Virus record (IMG/VR): IMGVR_UViG_3300031998_000027
Coordinates: 32,001-96,000 of that record
DNA from: a virus
Taxonomy: Duplodnaviria; Caudoviricetes
Direction: 5' to 3' (one strand)
Length of the DNA stretch: 64,000 nucleotides
Part shown: one piece after another, positions 16,247 through 25,873 of the stretch
How positions within the stretch are numbered: the first letter of the stretch is position 1
Layout of the letters: the number at the start of each line of letters is the position of its first letter
The notes under the pieces: generated by a model
Databases searched by the model: none
What the model was told of the DNA's origin: nothing
Seen by the model: the letters and a program-made list of their open reading frames with translations, nothing else
Program-made: the position numbers and the translations under genes

Positions 16247-17737
16247 ATGGATGAACAAGTTGTAACTAGGGATTTATCCTCCTTTACAAAATCAATTAAC
16301 CAGATGATTTCAACCAATTCACAATCTTATTCAAATCGTTATCATACATATACAGAAAGAAGCGTACAATATACTCATACTGAAATTGAAAATATTGTAA
16401 ATGGTAATTCATTAGAAGCAAAACAGAAATTATCCCGCGATTATTTTAACAAGGACGGTTTATATAAGCGGATAATTATCTACTATGCAACTTTATTAAA
16501 ATATCTTGGGGTATTGATACCTAATCCAAGTTTTGGGCAAGAACTCTCCACTTCTCACCTAAAAAAGAGATATTTTAATGCGGTTAATTTTGTAGATAAA
16601 ATAAAACTGCCTATCCTTGCAACTAATTGCGCCATTAAAGCTTTAGTTGAAGGCTGTTATTTTGGAATTTTCCAAGTAACAGAAAATGGGAATGTCTATG
16701 TAATTGATTTACCGACTTCCTATTGCCGGACTCGTTTTAAGGACCTCGAGGGTAATGATATAATTGAGTTTAATGTAAGTTATTTTGACAAGATAATTGA
16801 CGAAGAAGAAAGAAAACTTTTCTTATCGGCTTATCCAAAAGAGATACAAGCCGCATATAAAAAGTGGAAGAAGGGAAAATTAAAAAGTCCGTGGATATTT
16901 TTATCTACGGAAATGACAATTTGTTTTCCATTTTTCTTTGAAGGCGGCCCGCTCTTCTTATCCATCATTGATGATATAGAGAAGTATAAGGACGCTGTGG
17001 ACGACGAAATTGAACGTGACCTTGAAGAAATTAGGAAAATAATTGTTCAAAAAATCCCGCATCTGACTGATGGTCGTCTCGTATTTGAGCCACCTGAGGC
17101 AGAAGAAATGCATAAGGGCGCAGTTGGAATGTTGAAGTCAAATCCGAACATTAGTGTTTTAACAACCTATGCGGATGTTGAGGCTATTGTTTCTAAGACT
17201 TCTTCCGACAATGTCCATAATAATTTGGATAAGATGTTACAAACTGTCTATAGTGATAGTGGTACAAGTAGTCAGATTTTTTCTTCAACTGGTAGTTCTA
17301 CTTTAGAGACTTCTGTCAAAAATGATGTTGCGATGATGATGGTTTTTGCCAACAAAGTCGCCGCTTTCGTTACTTTCCTTGTCAACAAACTTTATTCAAA
17401 CTCAAATATAAACTTCAAATATTCCATTCTTCCTATAACTTATTATAATGAGAAGGAATATTTAGAGATGACCTTTAAAACTGCAAGTTCTGGTTATAGT
17501 TTAGTGTTGCCGGCGCTTGTGTTTGGTCTTACTCAGAAAGATTTAATTAATATGAAAGATTTAGAAAATGATGTTTTAAACCTGAAATCAAAATTAATCC
17601 CGCCGGATTCATCTTATACACAAAGCGGCACAGGTAATCCGGTTGGCCGGCCAAAGGTAGCAGAAGAAGAAAAGTCTCCGAAAACTTTGGCAAATGAAAA
17701 ATCATTAGACAATCAAACTGAAGGAGGCTCTGATTGA
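16247..17737 (+). CDS. Portal protein
   Basis: Size, position after TerL, C-terminal SSYTQSG...GRP. Confidence 0.8.
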   Translation: MDEQVVTRDLSSFTKSINQMISTNSQSYSNRYHTYTERSVQYTHTEIENIVNGNSLEAKQKLSRDYFNKDGLYKRIIIYYATLLKYLGVLIPNPSFGQELSTSHLKKRYFNAVNFVDKIKLPILATNCAIKALVEGCYFGIFQVTENGNVYVIDLPTSYCRTRFKDLEGNDIIEFNVSYFDKIIDEEERKLFLSAYPKEIQAAYKKWKKGKLKSPWIFLSTEMTICFPFFFEGGPLFLSIIDDIEKYKDAVDDEIERDLEEIRKIIVQKIPHLTDGRLVFEPPEAEEMHKGAVGMLKSNPNISVLTTYADVEAIVSKTSSDNVHNNLDKMLQTVYSDSGTSSQIFSSTGSSTLETSVKNDVAMMMVFANKVAAFVTFLVNKLYSNSNINFKYSILPITYYNEKEYLEMTFKTASSGYSLVLPALVFGLTQKDLINMKDLENDVLNLKSKLIPPDSSYTQSGTGNPVGRPKVAEEEKSPKTLANEKSLDNQTEGGSD

Positions 17738-19098
17738 TGGATGAAGAAAAATTAATTAGAGAGTTCCCTGTGACTGTCTATGGTAACTTAACCAAATATT
17801 CAGATACAATTTCAAAAGCAAGAGTTAGAATTTTTTATCGTGGGTCTAATAGGAATGGTACTTATATTTCTGACGAGTTTGCGGAAAAGCTTTTAAGCAC
17901 TATTTCCTATTCTCCGATAAAAGGTATTTTTGAAGAGTCAGAGGACGATTTTTCGGACCATGGAACTGAAAGAGACTTAGGCCGCATTTATGGTATTGTG
18001 CCCGAAAGCCATAATTTTGCTTGGGAAAAGTTTGTAGATGATGATGGAGTAGAAAGAGAATATGCCTGCGTGGATGTTTTACTTTATACTTCTCTTTATA
18101 AAGAAGCTCAAATGATTCCTGGCAAGTCTCAGTCTATGGAACTTTATGCTCCCTCAATTAAAGGTAGCTGGGAAATTATTGAAGGTAAAAAACTTTTTAA
18201 ATATACTGAAGGTTACTTTTTAGGTTTACAAGTCCTTGGAGACAAAGTTGAGCCTTGCTTTGAGGGTGCCGCGTTTTTCAGTTTATATGAAAATTTTGTT
18301 AAGTTAACAAAAGAACTGGAAAAGTTTGGTTATATGTTATCAGGAGATAGAGACGAAGGAGGACAGAAAAAAATGGAAGTTAATTTCAAGCTTTCTGACT
18401 CTCAGAAGTATAATGCTATTTTCGCTCTCTTAAACAACACTTACGAGGAAGATGGCGGCTGGGTTATTACCTATACTATTTGTGATGTTTATGATGAGTA
18501 TGCAGTTTGCTACAATTATGAGCATCAGCAGTATGAGAGAGTTTATTACACCAAAGATGATGCTAGTGATTCTTTAGTCCTTGGTGACAGAGTCCGTTGC
18601 TTCATTGTTGATGTGACAGAAAGTGAATTAAACGCGCTTAACGCGTTAAAAGACCTCAATGGTGGCAATTTTGAGCGCATTGATGAAAATTATGCGAAAA
18701 TTGCTGAATATGAGCAGAAAATTGAAGAGTTAAATAATTCTGTTTCTACTTTAGAGCAGGAAAAGGGAGAGTTTACTTGTAAGTTAGAGGATAACGCTCA
18801 AACCATCGAGACTCTTCAAAATGAAAACGCGGCTTTAAATTCTTATAAGGCTGAGATTGAAAAGGCCGAAAAGGAAAGCATTATTGATTCCTATGCTAAT
18901 CTCTTGTCGGAAGATACTCTTGATTCTTTCAGAGAAAAAATCGATGAGTATACTGCTGTTGAGTTAGACAAGGAGCTTGCTTATGCCTTAAAGCAAAATA
19001 ACTTCTCCGCTTTTAAGAAGGAAGAGGCTCCCGTTGTAATTCCTAAGGACAATCCCCCAACTGGAATAGAGGGTATTTTATCCAAATATAAAAAATAA
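17737..19098 (+). CDS. Prohead protease / scaffold fusion
   Basis: NRNG, DH, QSMEL, VEPCFEGA motifs; coiled-coil C-terminus. Confidence 0.7.
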   Translation: MDEEKLIREFPVTVYGNLTKYSDTISKARVRIFYRGSNRNGTYISDEFAEKLLSTISYSPIKGIFEESEDDFSDHGTERDLGRIYGIVPESHNFAWEKFVDDDGVEREYACVDVLLYTSLYKEAQMIPGKSQSMELYAPSIKGSWEIIEGKKLFKYTEGYFLGLQVLGDKVEPCFEGAAFFSLYENFVKLTKELEKFGYMLSGDRDEGGQKKMEVNFKLSDSQKYNAIFALLNNTYEEDGGWVITYTICDVYDEYAVCYNYEHQQYERVYYTKDDASDSLVLGDRVRCFIVDVTESELNALNALKDLNGGNFERIDENYAKIAEYEQKIEELNNSVSTLEQEKGEFTCKLEDNAQTIETLQNENAALNSYKAEIEKAEKESIIDSYANLLSEDTLDSFREKIDEYTAVELDKELAYALKQNNFSAFKKEEAPVVIPKDNPPTGIEGILSKYKK

Positions 19099-19116
19099 TA
19101 ACTGGAGGTTTATGAA

Positions 19117-19689
19117 ATGGCTATTAATAGATTAGCGAAGGACGGCTATGGTCAGTTAGAGCTGAACCAAGTTGCCTTCCGTCGTGATGGCCGCATTGAG
19201 GCGCAGTGCGCTTTAGATGCTACCGATTTTGCTTCCGCTCCTGCGGAAAATGGCATGATTCTTTGCGTTGACAATGTCAGCCGCACCATTAAGCTGCCGA
19301 CTTCTGCCAATATTGCGAAGTATCCCCTTGCCCTTAATTATTCTGCTGAGCACCTCTATGACGAGCGTGCGCTCGGCCTCAAGAACTTCAAGCTGGGTCT
19401 GAATGACTTCTATCCTCGCTTAGGTTATCTTGACATTGGTGATAAGTTCACCACCAATACTGTTTGCTATGACACTTCTGACTTTGCTGATGACGACGCC
19501 CTTAAGACCGCGTATGCTGCCGTTGGCACCACTCCGCTTTATGCTGTTCCTTATCAGGATGGCTATTGGCAGATTGTTGATACTCAGCCGCAGTCTGGTC
19601 TCTATTGCTCCGTCGTGACTGGCACTGGCGCCGGCTCCATGCCTGATGGCCAGTATGCCATTAAGCTGCAAGTCATCTCTCGTGTCTAA
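19117..19689 (+). CDS. Capsid-associated (decoration/stabilising) protein
   Basis: Between scaffold and MCP; high-expression codon bias. Confidence 0.55.
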   Translation: MAINRLAKDGYGQLELNQVAFRRDGRIEAQCALDATDFASAPAENGMILCVDNVSRTIKLPTSANIAKYPLALNYSAEHLYDERALGLKNFKLGLNDFYPRLGYLDIGDKFTTNTVCYDTSDFADDDALKTAYAAVGTTPLYAVPYQDGYWQIVDTQPQSGLYCSVVTGTGAGSMPDGQYAIKLQVISRV

Positions 19690-19712
19690 TTTTTGAGAAG
19701 GAGGTAACAATA

Positions 19713-20750
19713 ATGGCTGCTACAATTGCTGAAATTAAAGAATTAGCTCTGCACGCTGCGAAGCGTACCGCTCCTGCCACCTTCTCCGTTGACCAGGTTG
19801 ATGCGGCTTTAGCTGATAGCTTTAAGGAGCTTGCTGGTAATATTAACCAGTTCATGAAGAATCGTTATGATATTTATCAAATTTTAATCGAGACCGTTGA
19901 TGAGGTTGTTCCTAACCGCGTTATTGATGCTGTTGGCATTTTTGCTGATGTTCGTCAAGTGGGCCAGGGCGACAAGGTTCTCTTTAAGCAGGCTGTTGGT
20001 AAGACCCGCGCTAAGAAGTTCTTAACGACCGTTGGTCTTTCTGGCGTGTATGAGACATTCCGTCTTGATACGACCACCTTTGAGCTGCCCATCCGTGCGA
20101 TTGGCGGTGCTTGCACCCTCGACTTTGAGCGTATGCTTGATGGCGCTGAAGTTATGTCTGAGTTCATGGAAGTCATGACCGATGCTCTGACTGATTCCAT
20201 CTATCTCGAGGTTCAGAAGTGCCTGCGCGCTGCTGTCAACACTATTAAGCCGACCGCTAACAAGGTTGTTGGTTCTTGGAATGCTGACCAGATGGTTCGC
20301 CTTTGCAACATTGTTAAGTCCTATGGCCAGGGCGCCACGATTTTTGCGCCGCCCGAGTTCATCGCTGCGATGGGCCCCGATGCTATAGTTCCTGTTGCGA
20401 CCGGTACCGGCCAAGGCATCTATCATCCTCAGGATATTGAGCGTATCCACTATCAGGGCTACATCAATATCTTCCGTGGCAATCCCGTTGTGTCCTTCCG
20501 TCAGTCTTATGTTGACGATGAGAACACCAAGGTCGCTATTGACCCGCAGTTCGCTTACATTCTTCCGACTGGCGGCGAGCGCATAGTCAAGGTTGTTCTT
20601 GAGGGCCAGACCCAGGTTTGGGATTGGACCAATAAGGACCAGTCCATGGAGATAGACTTCTACAAGAAAATCGGTGTTGGCATCCTTGCTACCCGTAATT
20701 GGGCTATCTATCAGAACACTGCTATCACCACTCCGGTGTACGGTGGCTAA
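19713..20750 (+). CDS. Major capsid protein
   Basis: 345 aa, strong RBS, strong codon bias, followed by a terminator. Confidence 0.85.
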   Translation: MAATIAEIKELALHAAKRTAPATFSVDQVDAALADSFKELAGNINQFMKNRYDIYQILIETVDEVVPNRVIDAVGIFADVRQVGQGDKVLFKQAVGKTRAKKFLTTVGLSGVYETFRLDTTTFELPIRAIGGACTLDFERMLDGAEVMSEFMEVMTDALTDSIYLEVQKCLRAAVNTIKPTANKVVGSWNADQMVRLCNIVKSYGQGATIFAPPEFIAAMGPDAIVPVATGTGQGIYHPQDIERIHYQGYINIFRGNPVVSFRQSYVDDENTKVAIDPQFAYILPTGGERIVKVVLEGQTQVWDWTNKDQSMEIDFYKKIGVGILATRNWAIYQNTAITTPVYGG

Positions 20751-20772
20751 GTCCTACGGTATATAAAAAAGT

Positions 20773-20802
20773 GGGGAAGGGGATTTCCCCTTCCCCTTTT
20801 TT
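20773..20802 (+). terminator. Intrinsic terminator
   Basis: GGGGAAGGGGA/TCCCCTTCCCC + T6. Confidence 0.85.
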
Positions 20803-20839
20803 AAAATAAAAATTTTTGAGTGAAAAGGAGTATGAAAAA

Positions 20840-21331
20840 ATGGAAAACAAGCAAGTAGTTTTAACTAGTACAATTGACGCTTTTGTCAATGTTGATGTGC
20901 CAGAGTTACGTCTTAAGAGACTTTGGGAGCGCAAGGGCGCGAAGAAAACCATTCCTCTTGATGTACTGAGAGAGGCTTTTTATGAGCCAAGTGTTGAGTA
21001 TTTACTGCGGCAGGGTATCCTTTATATTGATGATTTAGATGTTAAGATTGAGCTTGGCCTTGAGGAAGAGTCCGCGAGAGAACCTAATGCGAAGCTTAAT
21101 ATTCAGATATTAAAGGACGAAGATATAAATCGTCTTTTAACTGTTGTTCCTATTTATGATTTTAAAGATAAGCTGAAGGATTATACGAAGGAACAGATTC
21201 AAGAAATCGTGGATTATGCAATAGCGCATGATTTTACTAACTTTGATAAATGTGAATATTTAAAGGAGCTTAGTGGTTTTGATATTATCAGAACTGTTCA
21301 GTTGAATCACCAAGATAAAGAGGGGGAATAA
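20840..21331 (+). CDS. Hypothetical virion-module protein
   Basis: ATG 20840 after AAAGGAG. Confidence 0.7.
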   Translation: MENKQVVLTSTIDAFVNVDVPELRLKRLWERKGAKKTIPLDVLREAFYEPSVEYLLRQGILYIDDLDVKIELGLEEESAREPNAKLNIQILKDEDINRLLTVVPIYDFKDKLKDYTKEQIQEIVDYAIAHDFTNFDKCEYLKELSGFDIIRTVQLNHQDKEGE

Positions 21332-21334
21332 TAA

Positions 21335-21763
21335 ATGACTCCTTATTGGAAGGTCTATGAGGCCTTTCTTGCAAAAACTCTTGAAGATGAATGGGGTCAA
21401 TGGATGCCAGAAGAAACAGAAGCAGATTTACAAGCTATACTGAAAGGCGCGATTCCCTATTTTAAGTTTCCAAGAGTTAGTTTAGAAAGAGATGACCGCG
21501 GTTTTATTGAAGACTTGAATAATGAAGAAATTCAAATTCTTGCGACTTATATGAAGTGTGAATGGTTAAATCGGTCTATTATGACTTGGGAGAATGTAAA
21601 GCCGCTTTATGAGGAAAGAGACTTCTCTCAAGCAAATTTATTGGACAAATTAAAAAGTACCTTGGAATACGAGCGACTTAATGCCGCGCGCCTTGAAGGT
21701 TTTTATTATCGTTCAATAAAAGGGCAGTCTTATAAATATAGTAACTTGGCAGGAAGCACTTGA
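21335..21763 (+). CDS. Putative head-tail adaptor
   Basis: Position and size. Confidence 0.5.
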   Translation: MTPYWKVYEAFLAKTLEDEWGQWMPEETEADLQAILKGAIPYFKFPRVSLERDDRGFIEDLNNEEIQILATYMKCEWLNRSIMTWENVKPLYEERDFSQANLLDKLKSTLEYERLNAARLEGFYYRSIKGQSYKYSNLAGST

Positions 21764-22029
21764 TGACTTATGTTGAGTCTATAAAAGAAGGCTATTATAA
21801 TAAACTTCGTAATAAACTCTTTGGGTTACTTTGTGAATTTGAAAAAGGTAGAGAATGGGAGAAGTTCTTAGACTCTATTTTAATTGAATTAATGGGGTTC
21901 CCAGATGAGGAAAAAACCATTAATTATTTCACACTTTTTTATAAGATTTCAACCTTAAGATATTTGAAATATGAGTATTTTCGTTCAACAATTTTTGATT
22001 GTATGGATTTATTAGGCAAGGAGGGATAA
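21763..22029 (+). CDS. Hypothetical protein
   Basis: Coupled ORF. Confidence 0.65.
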   Translation: MTYVESIKEGYYNKLRNKLFGLLCEFEKGREWEKFLDSILIELMGFPDEEKTINYFTLFYKISTLRYLKYEYFRSTIFDCMDLLGKEG

Positions 22030-22030
22030 T

Positions 22031-22771
22031 ATGGATAGGAAACCTCCGGTTGGCTATTATGATATTTATCTAAAAAGATTAAATAGATATGGGTTAAATT
22101 ATCAAGAAAGAACTCAAAAGAAAAGAGAACGCGAGTTTGAGGATTATATGCTTAAAAGCGTTTATCTAATTGAGTTTGAATATGATGATGAGACCCATCC
22201 AGGCATTTTTGAACGATATAAACAAGATGAAACTGAAACTTTACATTATCTTTTAACGCGCACTTCTCTTAATATGCCGAATGGTACGATTTTAATGTTA
22301 CCTAACAAAGACGATATTAAACAGCCTTGGATGATTTGGTATCTAGAGAGGATTAAAGCTAGCGGATATAATCGCTATATTATGTTAAGGATGACCCATT
22401 TTCTTACTTGGACAAGTAGGGATAAGGTTACAAGAACTTCTTGGGCATATATGTATGGTCAAGAAAATAATATGTTAAAAGATGAGCTACAATCGCGCAG
22501 CCGTATGGATACGCGATATACCGAAAATTTAAAGCTAAGTTTCTTTGTTATGCCTACTACTCCATATTTAAGAAAAGATGATTATTTAGAAATTGGTGAA
22601 GGACTTTTACAAGAGTCATATCGTGTAACCGGTTATGATATTCAATCTTCTGCGGGAGTTGAATATGTAAGTGTTGACCCAATTTATAAATATGATTTAA
22701 CTCCTCCACCTGAGCAAACACCTGAAGATAATCCAGAAGATTTCTATTGGTTAAATGGAGGTGGGTCATAA
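22031..22771 (+). CDS. Putative head-closure/neck protein
   Basis: Position. Confidence 0.45.
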   Translation: MDRKPPVGYYDIYLKRLNRYGLNYQERTQKKREREFEDYMLKSVYLIEFEYDDETHPGIFERYKQDETETLHYLLTRTSLNMPNGTILMLPNKDDIKQPWMIWYLERIKASGYNRYIMLRMTHFLTWTSRDKVTRTSWAYMYGQENNMLKDELQSRSRMDTRYTENLKLSFFVMPTTPYLRKDDYLEIGEGLLQESYRVTGYDIQSSAGVEYVSVDPIYKYDLTPPPEQTPEDNPEDFYWLNGGGS

Positions 22772-23268
22772 TGGGAGTTAGAAATTGTCGAGATATAGGC
22801 GAAAATCTTCAAAAGATTGTAACTCGTTTAATGGCTAATGATAAATTAGTTAATCTGCTTTATTTTACAGATAAAGACCCACTTTCTCATAATCCTTTAC
22901 AAGAGGGAGAAAAGAGAGACCTAATCTTTGATAAGCTTATTAAAATTGTCCCACGACTTGGCGCTGAAGAGAAAGAATTAGCAACTTCTATAATTTCTAT
23001 CCGTGTTGTGCGCGGGCGCCAGAATAGTGAAAATAGTGAATTTAAGGATATGATAATTGAAGTTGAGACTTTTGTTCCTTTGACTCAATGGATGATTAAA
23101 GATTCTAATTTGCGGCCTTTTGCTATTATGGGCGAAGTTCAAGAAAGTCTTAATGGTAAGACTATTAATGGACTAGGAAAAATGGTTGGTGGAGATTTTG
23201 ACTTAAACTTTTTGTCTGAAGAAATATCTTGTTATGTGCAGATGTTTTATCTAACAAGTTATGAGTAA
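22771..23268 (+). CDS. Putative tail completion/terminator protein
   Basis: Position; ATG 22771 after GGAGGT. Confidence 0.45.
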   Translation: MGVRNCRDIGENLQKIVTRLMANDKLVNLLYFTDKDPLSHNPLQEGEKRDLIFDKLIKIVPRLGAEEKELATSIISIRVVRGRQNSENSEFKDMIIEVETFVPLTQWMIKDSNLRPFAIMGEVQESLNGKTINGLGKMVGGDFDLNFLSEEISCYVQMFYLTSYE

Positions 23269-24031
23269 TGAAACAACCTTTTTAGGGCTTCCTAAGGATT
23301 TTCATCATAAGTTTTTAATTTATCCGCCTACCGTTAAACAAGTTGTTGGCAATCCTAAATTCTCTCAATATAAGACATTATTAACCCTTTCTCAAGAAGA
23401 ATTAGAAGATGTCTTCATTAAAAATAATAAAGAAAAAGGGTTTAATGATTATGATAAGTTTAAAGTTCCTACACCTTTTGAATATTTATTTGCTAATAGT
23501 TATCATAATAAAGAAGTAGAAGAAATTGCTAAAGAAGCCTTCTATTTCTTTACAAAGCAAGAAATAACTTTTTTATTTGAAAAAGGCTTGATTTTAATTG
23601 GTAATTTAGAAGATGAATTAAAAAGAGTTAATGGTAATGTGGATGCATTAGTCTTTTTAAAAGAAGAAGAATTTTTTGAGTTTCAAAATGAAATTCGGAA
23701 TTGTCTTGGAGAAGATAAAGTAGACCCACCTGACCCAACGCTTCATCCTAGGGCGCGCCGCATGAAAGCACTTGCGCGCTATAGAGACAAGATAAAAGCT
23801 CAAAAAGGAATGGGAATTAATTTAGAGACAACTTTGGTTTCAATTTGCTGTATGGGAATTGGAATTACTCCACTTAATATTGGAGAGTTAAGCTATGCGT
23901 CATTAAGCGAAATAATGCGTCGATATCAAGAGAAAGAAAAATATGAGATTGATATCCGAAGCTTACAAGCTGGCGCAGATTCAAAGAAAATAAAACCAAA
24001 ATATTGGATTAGGAATTTAGAAAACAAATAA
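23261..24031 (+). CDS. Hypothetical tail-module protein (possible assembly chaperone)
   Basis: C-terminal SLQAGADSKKIKPKYW; position. Confidence 0.45.
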   Translation: MSNETTFLGLPKDFHHKFLIYPPTVKQVVGNPKFSQYKTLLTLSQEELEDVFIKNNKEKGFNDYDKFKVPTPFEYLFANSYHNKEVEEIAKEAFYFFTKQEITFLFEKGLILIGNLEDELKRVNGNVDALVFLKEEEFFEFQNEIRNCLGEDKVDPPDPTLHPRARRMKALARYRDKIKAQKGMGINLETTLVSICCMGIGITPLNIGELSYASLSEIMRRYQEKEKYEIDIRSLQAGADSKKIKPKYWIRNLENK

Positions 24032-24053
24032 ATAATTAGGAGGCCATAAAAGA

Positions 24054-24953
24054 ATGAATATTCTTGATAGATATGGTATTAAAGAGGTCGCTGACGTTAC
24101 CTTCTATGACTTAAATGCTGATGGTACTCCGAAGCATCCTGTTTTATACCTGGACACCTTAAAGGTTACGACTATCGAGCAGACCGCCGAAGAGACTGAG
24201 GCCCGTGGCGGCAAGGGTAATGCGGCCCTTATAGCTTGGGACTATGGTAAGGAGATTAATGTTAGCATTGAGGATGCGCTGTTCTCTGCGAAGTCCATGG
24301 CTATCATGTTTGGTAATGGTACTGTTGCTGAGTATCTGACCACCACTGGTAATGATGCCTATAACGCCTTCATTATGAAGACCGAGCAGTTTAATCCGAC
24401 TGGCACTACAGTTCCCACGAATGGCGGTTCTGGTTATAGCGATACTAGCGGTTGGAAGGCTAAGTTTGAGGCTCCCGATGGCAAGCTTTATACCAAGTAT
24501 AATCCGAAGTTCTATGATGCCAATGGTAATGTTGCTACTGCCTTTATTGTTGGTCAGACTTACTTCTGCACCTATGATATAAAGGTCAACGGCGCTGTTA
24601 TTGAGATTTCTGCTAACAGTTTCCCTGGCACCTATTATGTCACTGGCGATACCTTTGCTCGTGCCGAGGCTTCTGGTAAGGATGAGTTCTTCCAGTTTAT
24701 TATCCCCAAGGCTAAGGTTCAGTCCGAGAACACCATTACGCTTGAAGCCGAAGGTGACCCCTCTGTCTTCAACATGAACCTGAAGGTTCTGCGTCCTGCG
24801 GACGGCATTATGATGAAGCTTGTTAAGTATGACCTGGCTGAGACTGGTACTGATAAGGCTGCTGAAGACCTTACCATTTATCACAACCACTGGTTAGACG
24901 TTCCTGCTACTACGGCGACTCAGGATGCCGAGTATCAGACCGACGATACCTGA
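24054..24953 (+). CDS. Major tail tube protein
   Basis: Strong codon bias; ARGGKGN..LIAWD, IPKAKV, GDPSVF motifs; terminator after. Confidence 0.8.
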   Translation: MNILDRYGIKEVADVTFYDLNADGTPKHPVLYLDTLKVTTIEQTAEETEARGGKGNAALIAWDYGKEINVSIEDALFSAKSMAIMFGNGTVAEYLTTTGNDAYNAFIMKTEQFNPTGTTVPTNGGSGYSDTSGWKAKFEAPDGKLYTKYNPKFYDANGNVATAFIVGQTYFCTYDIKVNGAVIEISANSFPGTYYVTGDTFARAEASGKDEFFQFIIPKAKVQSENTITLEAEGDPSVFNMNLKVLRPADGIMMKLVKYDLAETGTDKAAEDLTIYHNHWLDVPATTATQDAEYQTDDT

Positions 24954-24978
24954 GTAAAAATTTAATTTCGTTGAAAAT

Positions 24979-25013
24979 GGGTGGATGGCCGGCGCTGTCC
25001 ACCCTTTTCTTTT
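24979..25013 (+). terminator. Intrinsic terminator
   Basis: GGGTGGA...TCCACCC + TTTTCTTT. Confidence 0.75.
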
Positions 25014-25024
25014 AGGAGGAACAA

Positions 25025-25816
25025 ATGGAAAACGAGTTCTCACTTAAAGAATTGTATGAAGTGTTCTTAAAAACTACTTATCCTATGGAGATTGCAGGAA
25101 AGCAGTTTCAAGAGGGAGAAAACCTCTGCATATTTGATAAAATTCAAATAGCAAGTTTTAATGAGAGAAAGGAAGTTGTTACCGCGCACGGCGGCTTTGA
25201 AGATAGAGACCGAGTTTTTTGGGAGACAACCAAAGAAATTGATATAGATTTTTCTCAAGGAATTTTTAATAGTTTACAGTTTGCTCTTTTAAATAATTCA
25301 AAATTATTAAGAACTGTTGACAATACTGCTTTGAGAATTCCTATTAGAGAAAAAATTGAGAGTAATAGGCAAAAGAAAGTTATTTTAACAAAGGTACCTT
25401 GCGCACATACTGAGGTTTTCTTTTATGATGCACAGACGGGTGAAAGAGTAAATTTAACTTTTGTTCAGGAAAGAGCATATGAGGCGCCAACTGCTTTTAA
25501 AGAATATATTTGTGATTATTATTATGATTACGAAAATGGCGCGCAGTATGTTACAATAGGAAATAGAATGATAAATGGGTTCCTTCGCTTAGAAGGAAAA
25601 ACGCGAGTAAAGGATGATATTACAGGTAAAACTAGAACCGGAATTATAGAAATTCCTAAATTAAAATTAATGTCTGGTTTATCTATGAGATTGGGGAAAA
25701 ATGCGAACCCTGTGGTGGCTAATTTTAGAACCTTAGCTGTGCCAGTTGGGGCGAGAGAAAGTAGTTCTGTAATTAATCTCTATTTCCTCAATGATGATAT
25801 AGATAGTGATATGTAA
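25025..25816 (+). CDS. Tail-tube paralog (minor tail protein)
   Basis: Aligns by eye with 24054-24953 (AHGG...W...KEI; IPKLKL; ANPVVANF). Confidence 0.65.
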   Translation: MENEFSLKELYEVFLKTTYPMEIAGKQFQEGENLCIFDKIQIASFNERKEVVTAHGGFEDRDRVFWETTKEIDIDFSQGIFNSLQFALLNNSKLLRTVDNTALRIPIREKIESNRQKKVILTKVPCAHTEVFFYDAQTGERVNLTFVQERAYEAPTAFKEYICDYYYDYENGAQYVTIGNRMINGFLRLEGKTRVKDDITGKTRTGIIEIPKLKLMSGLSMRLGKNANPVVANFRTLAVPVGARESSSVINLYFLNDDIDSDM

Positions 25817-25820
25817 ATAG

Positions 25821-25858
25821 AAATCAGCATTAATTTTAGATTAATGCTGATTTTTTTT
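25821..25858 (+). terminator. Intrinsic terminator immediately before the tape measure gene
   Basis: AAATCAGCATTAAT/ATTAATGCTGATTT + T-run. Confidence 0.7.
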
Positions 25859-25873
25859 ATTGGAGGGAATAAG

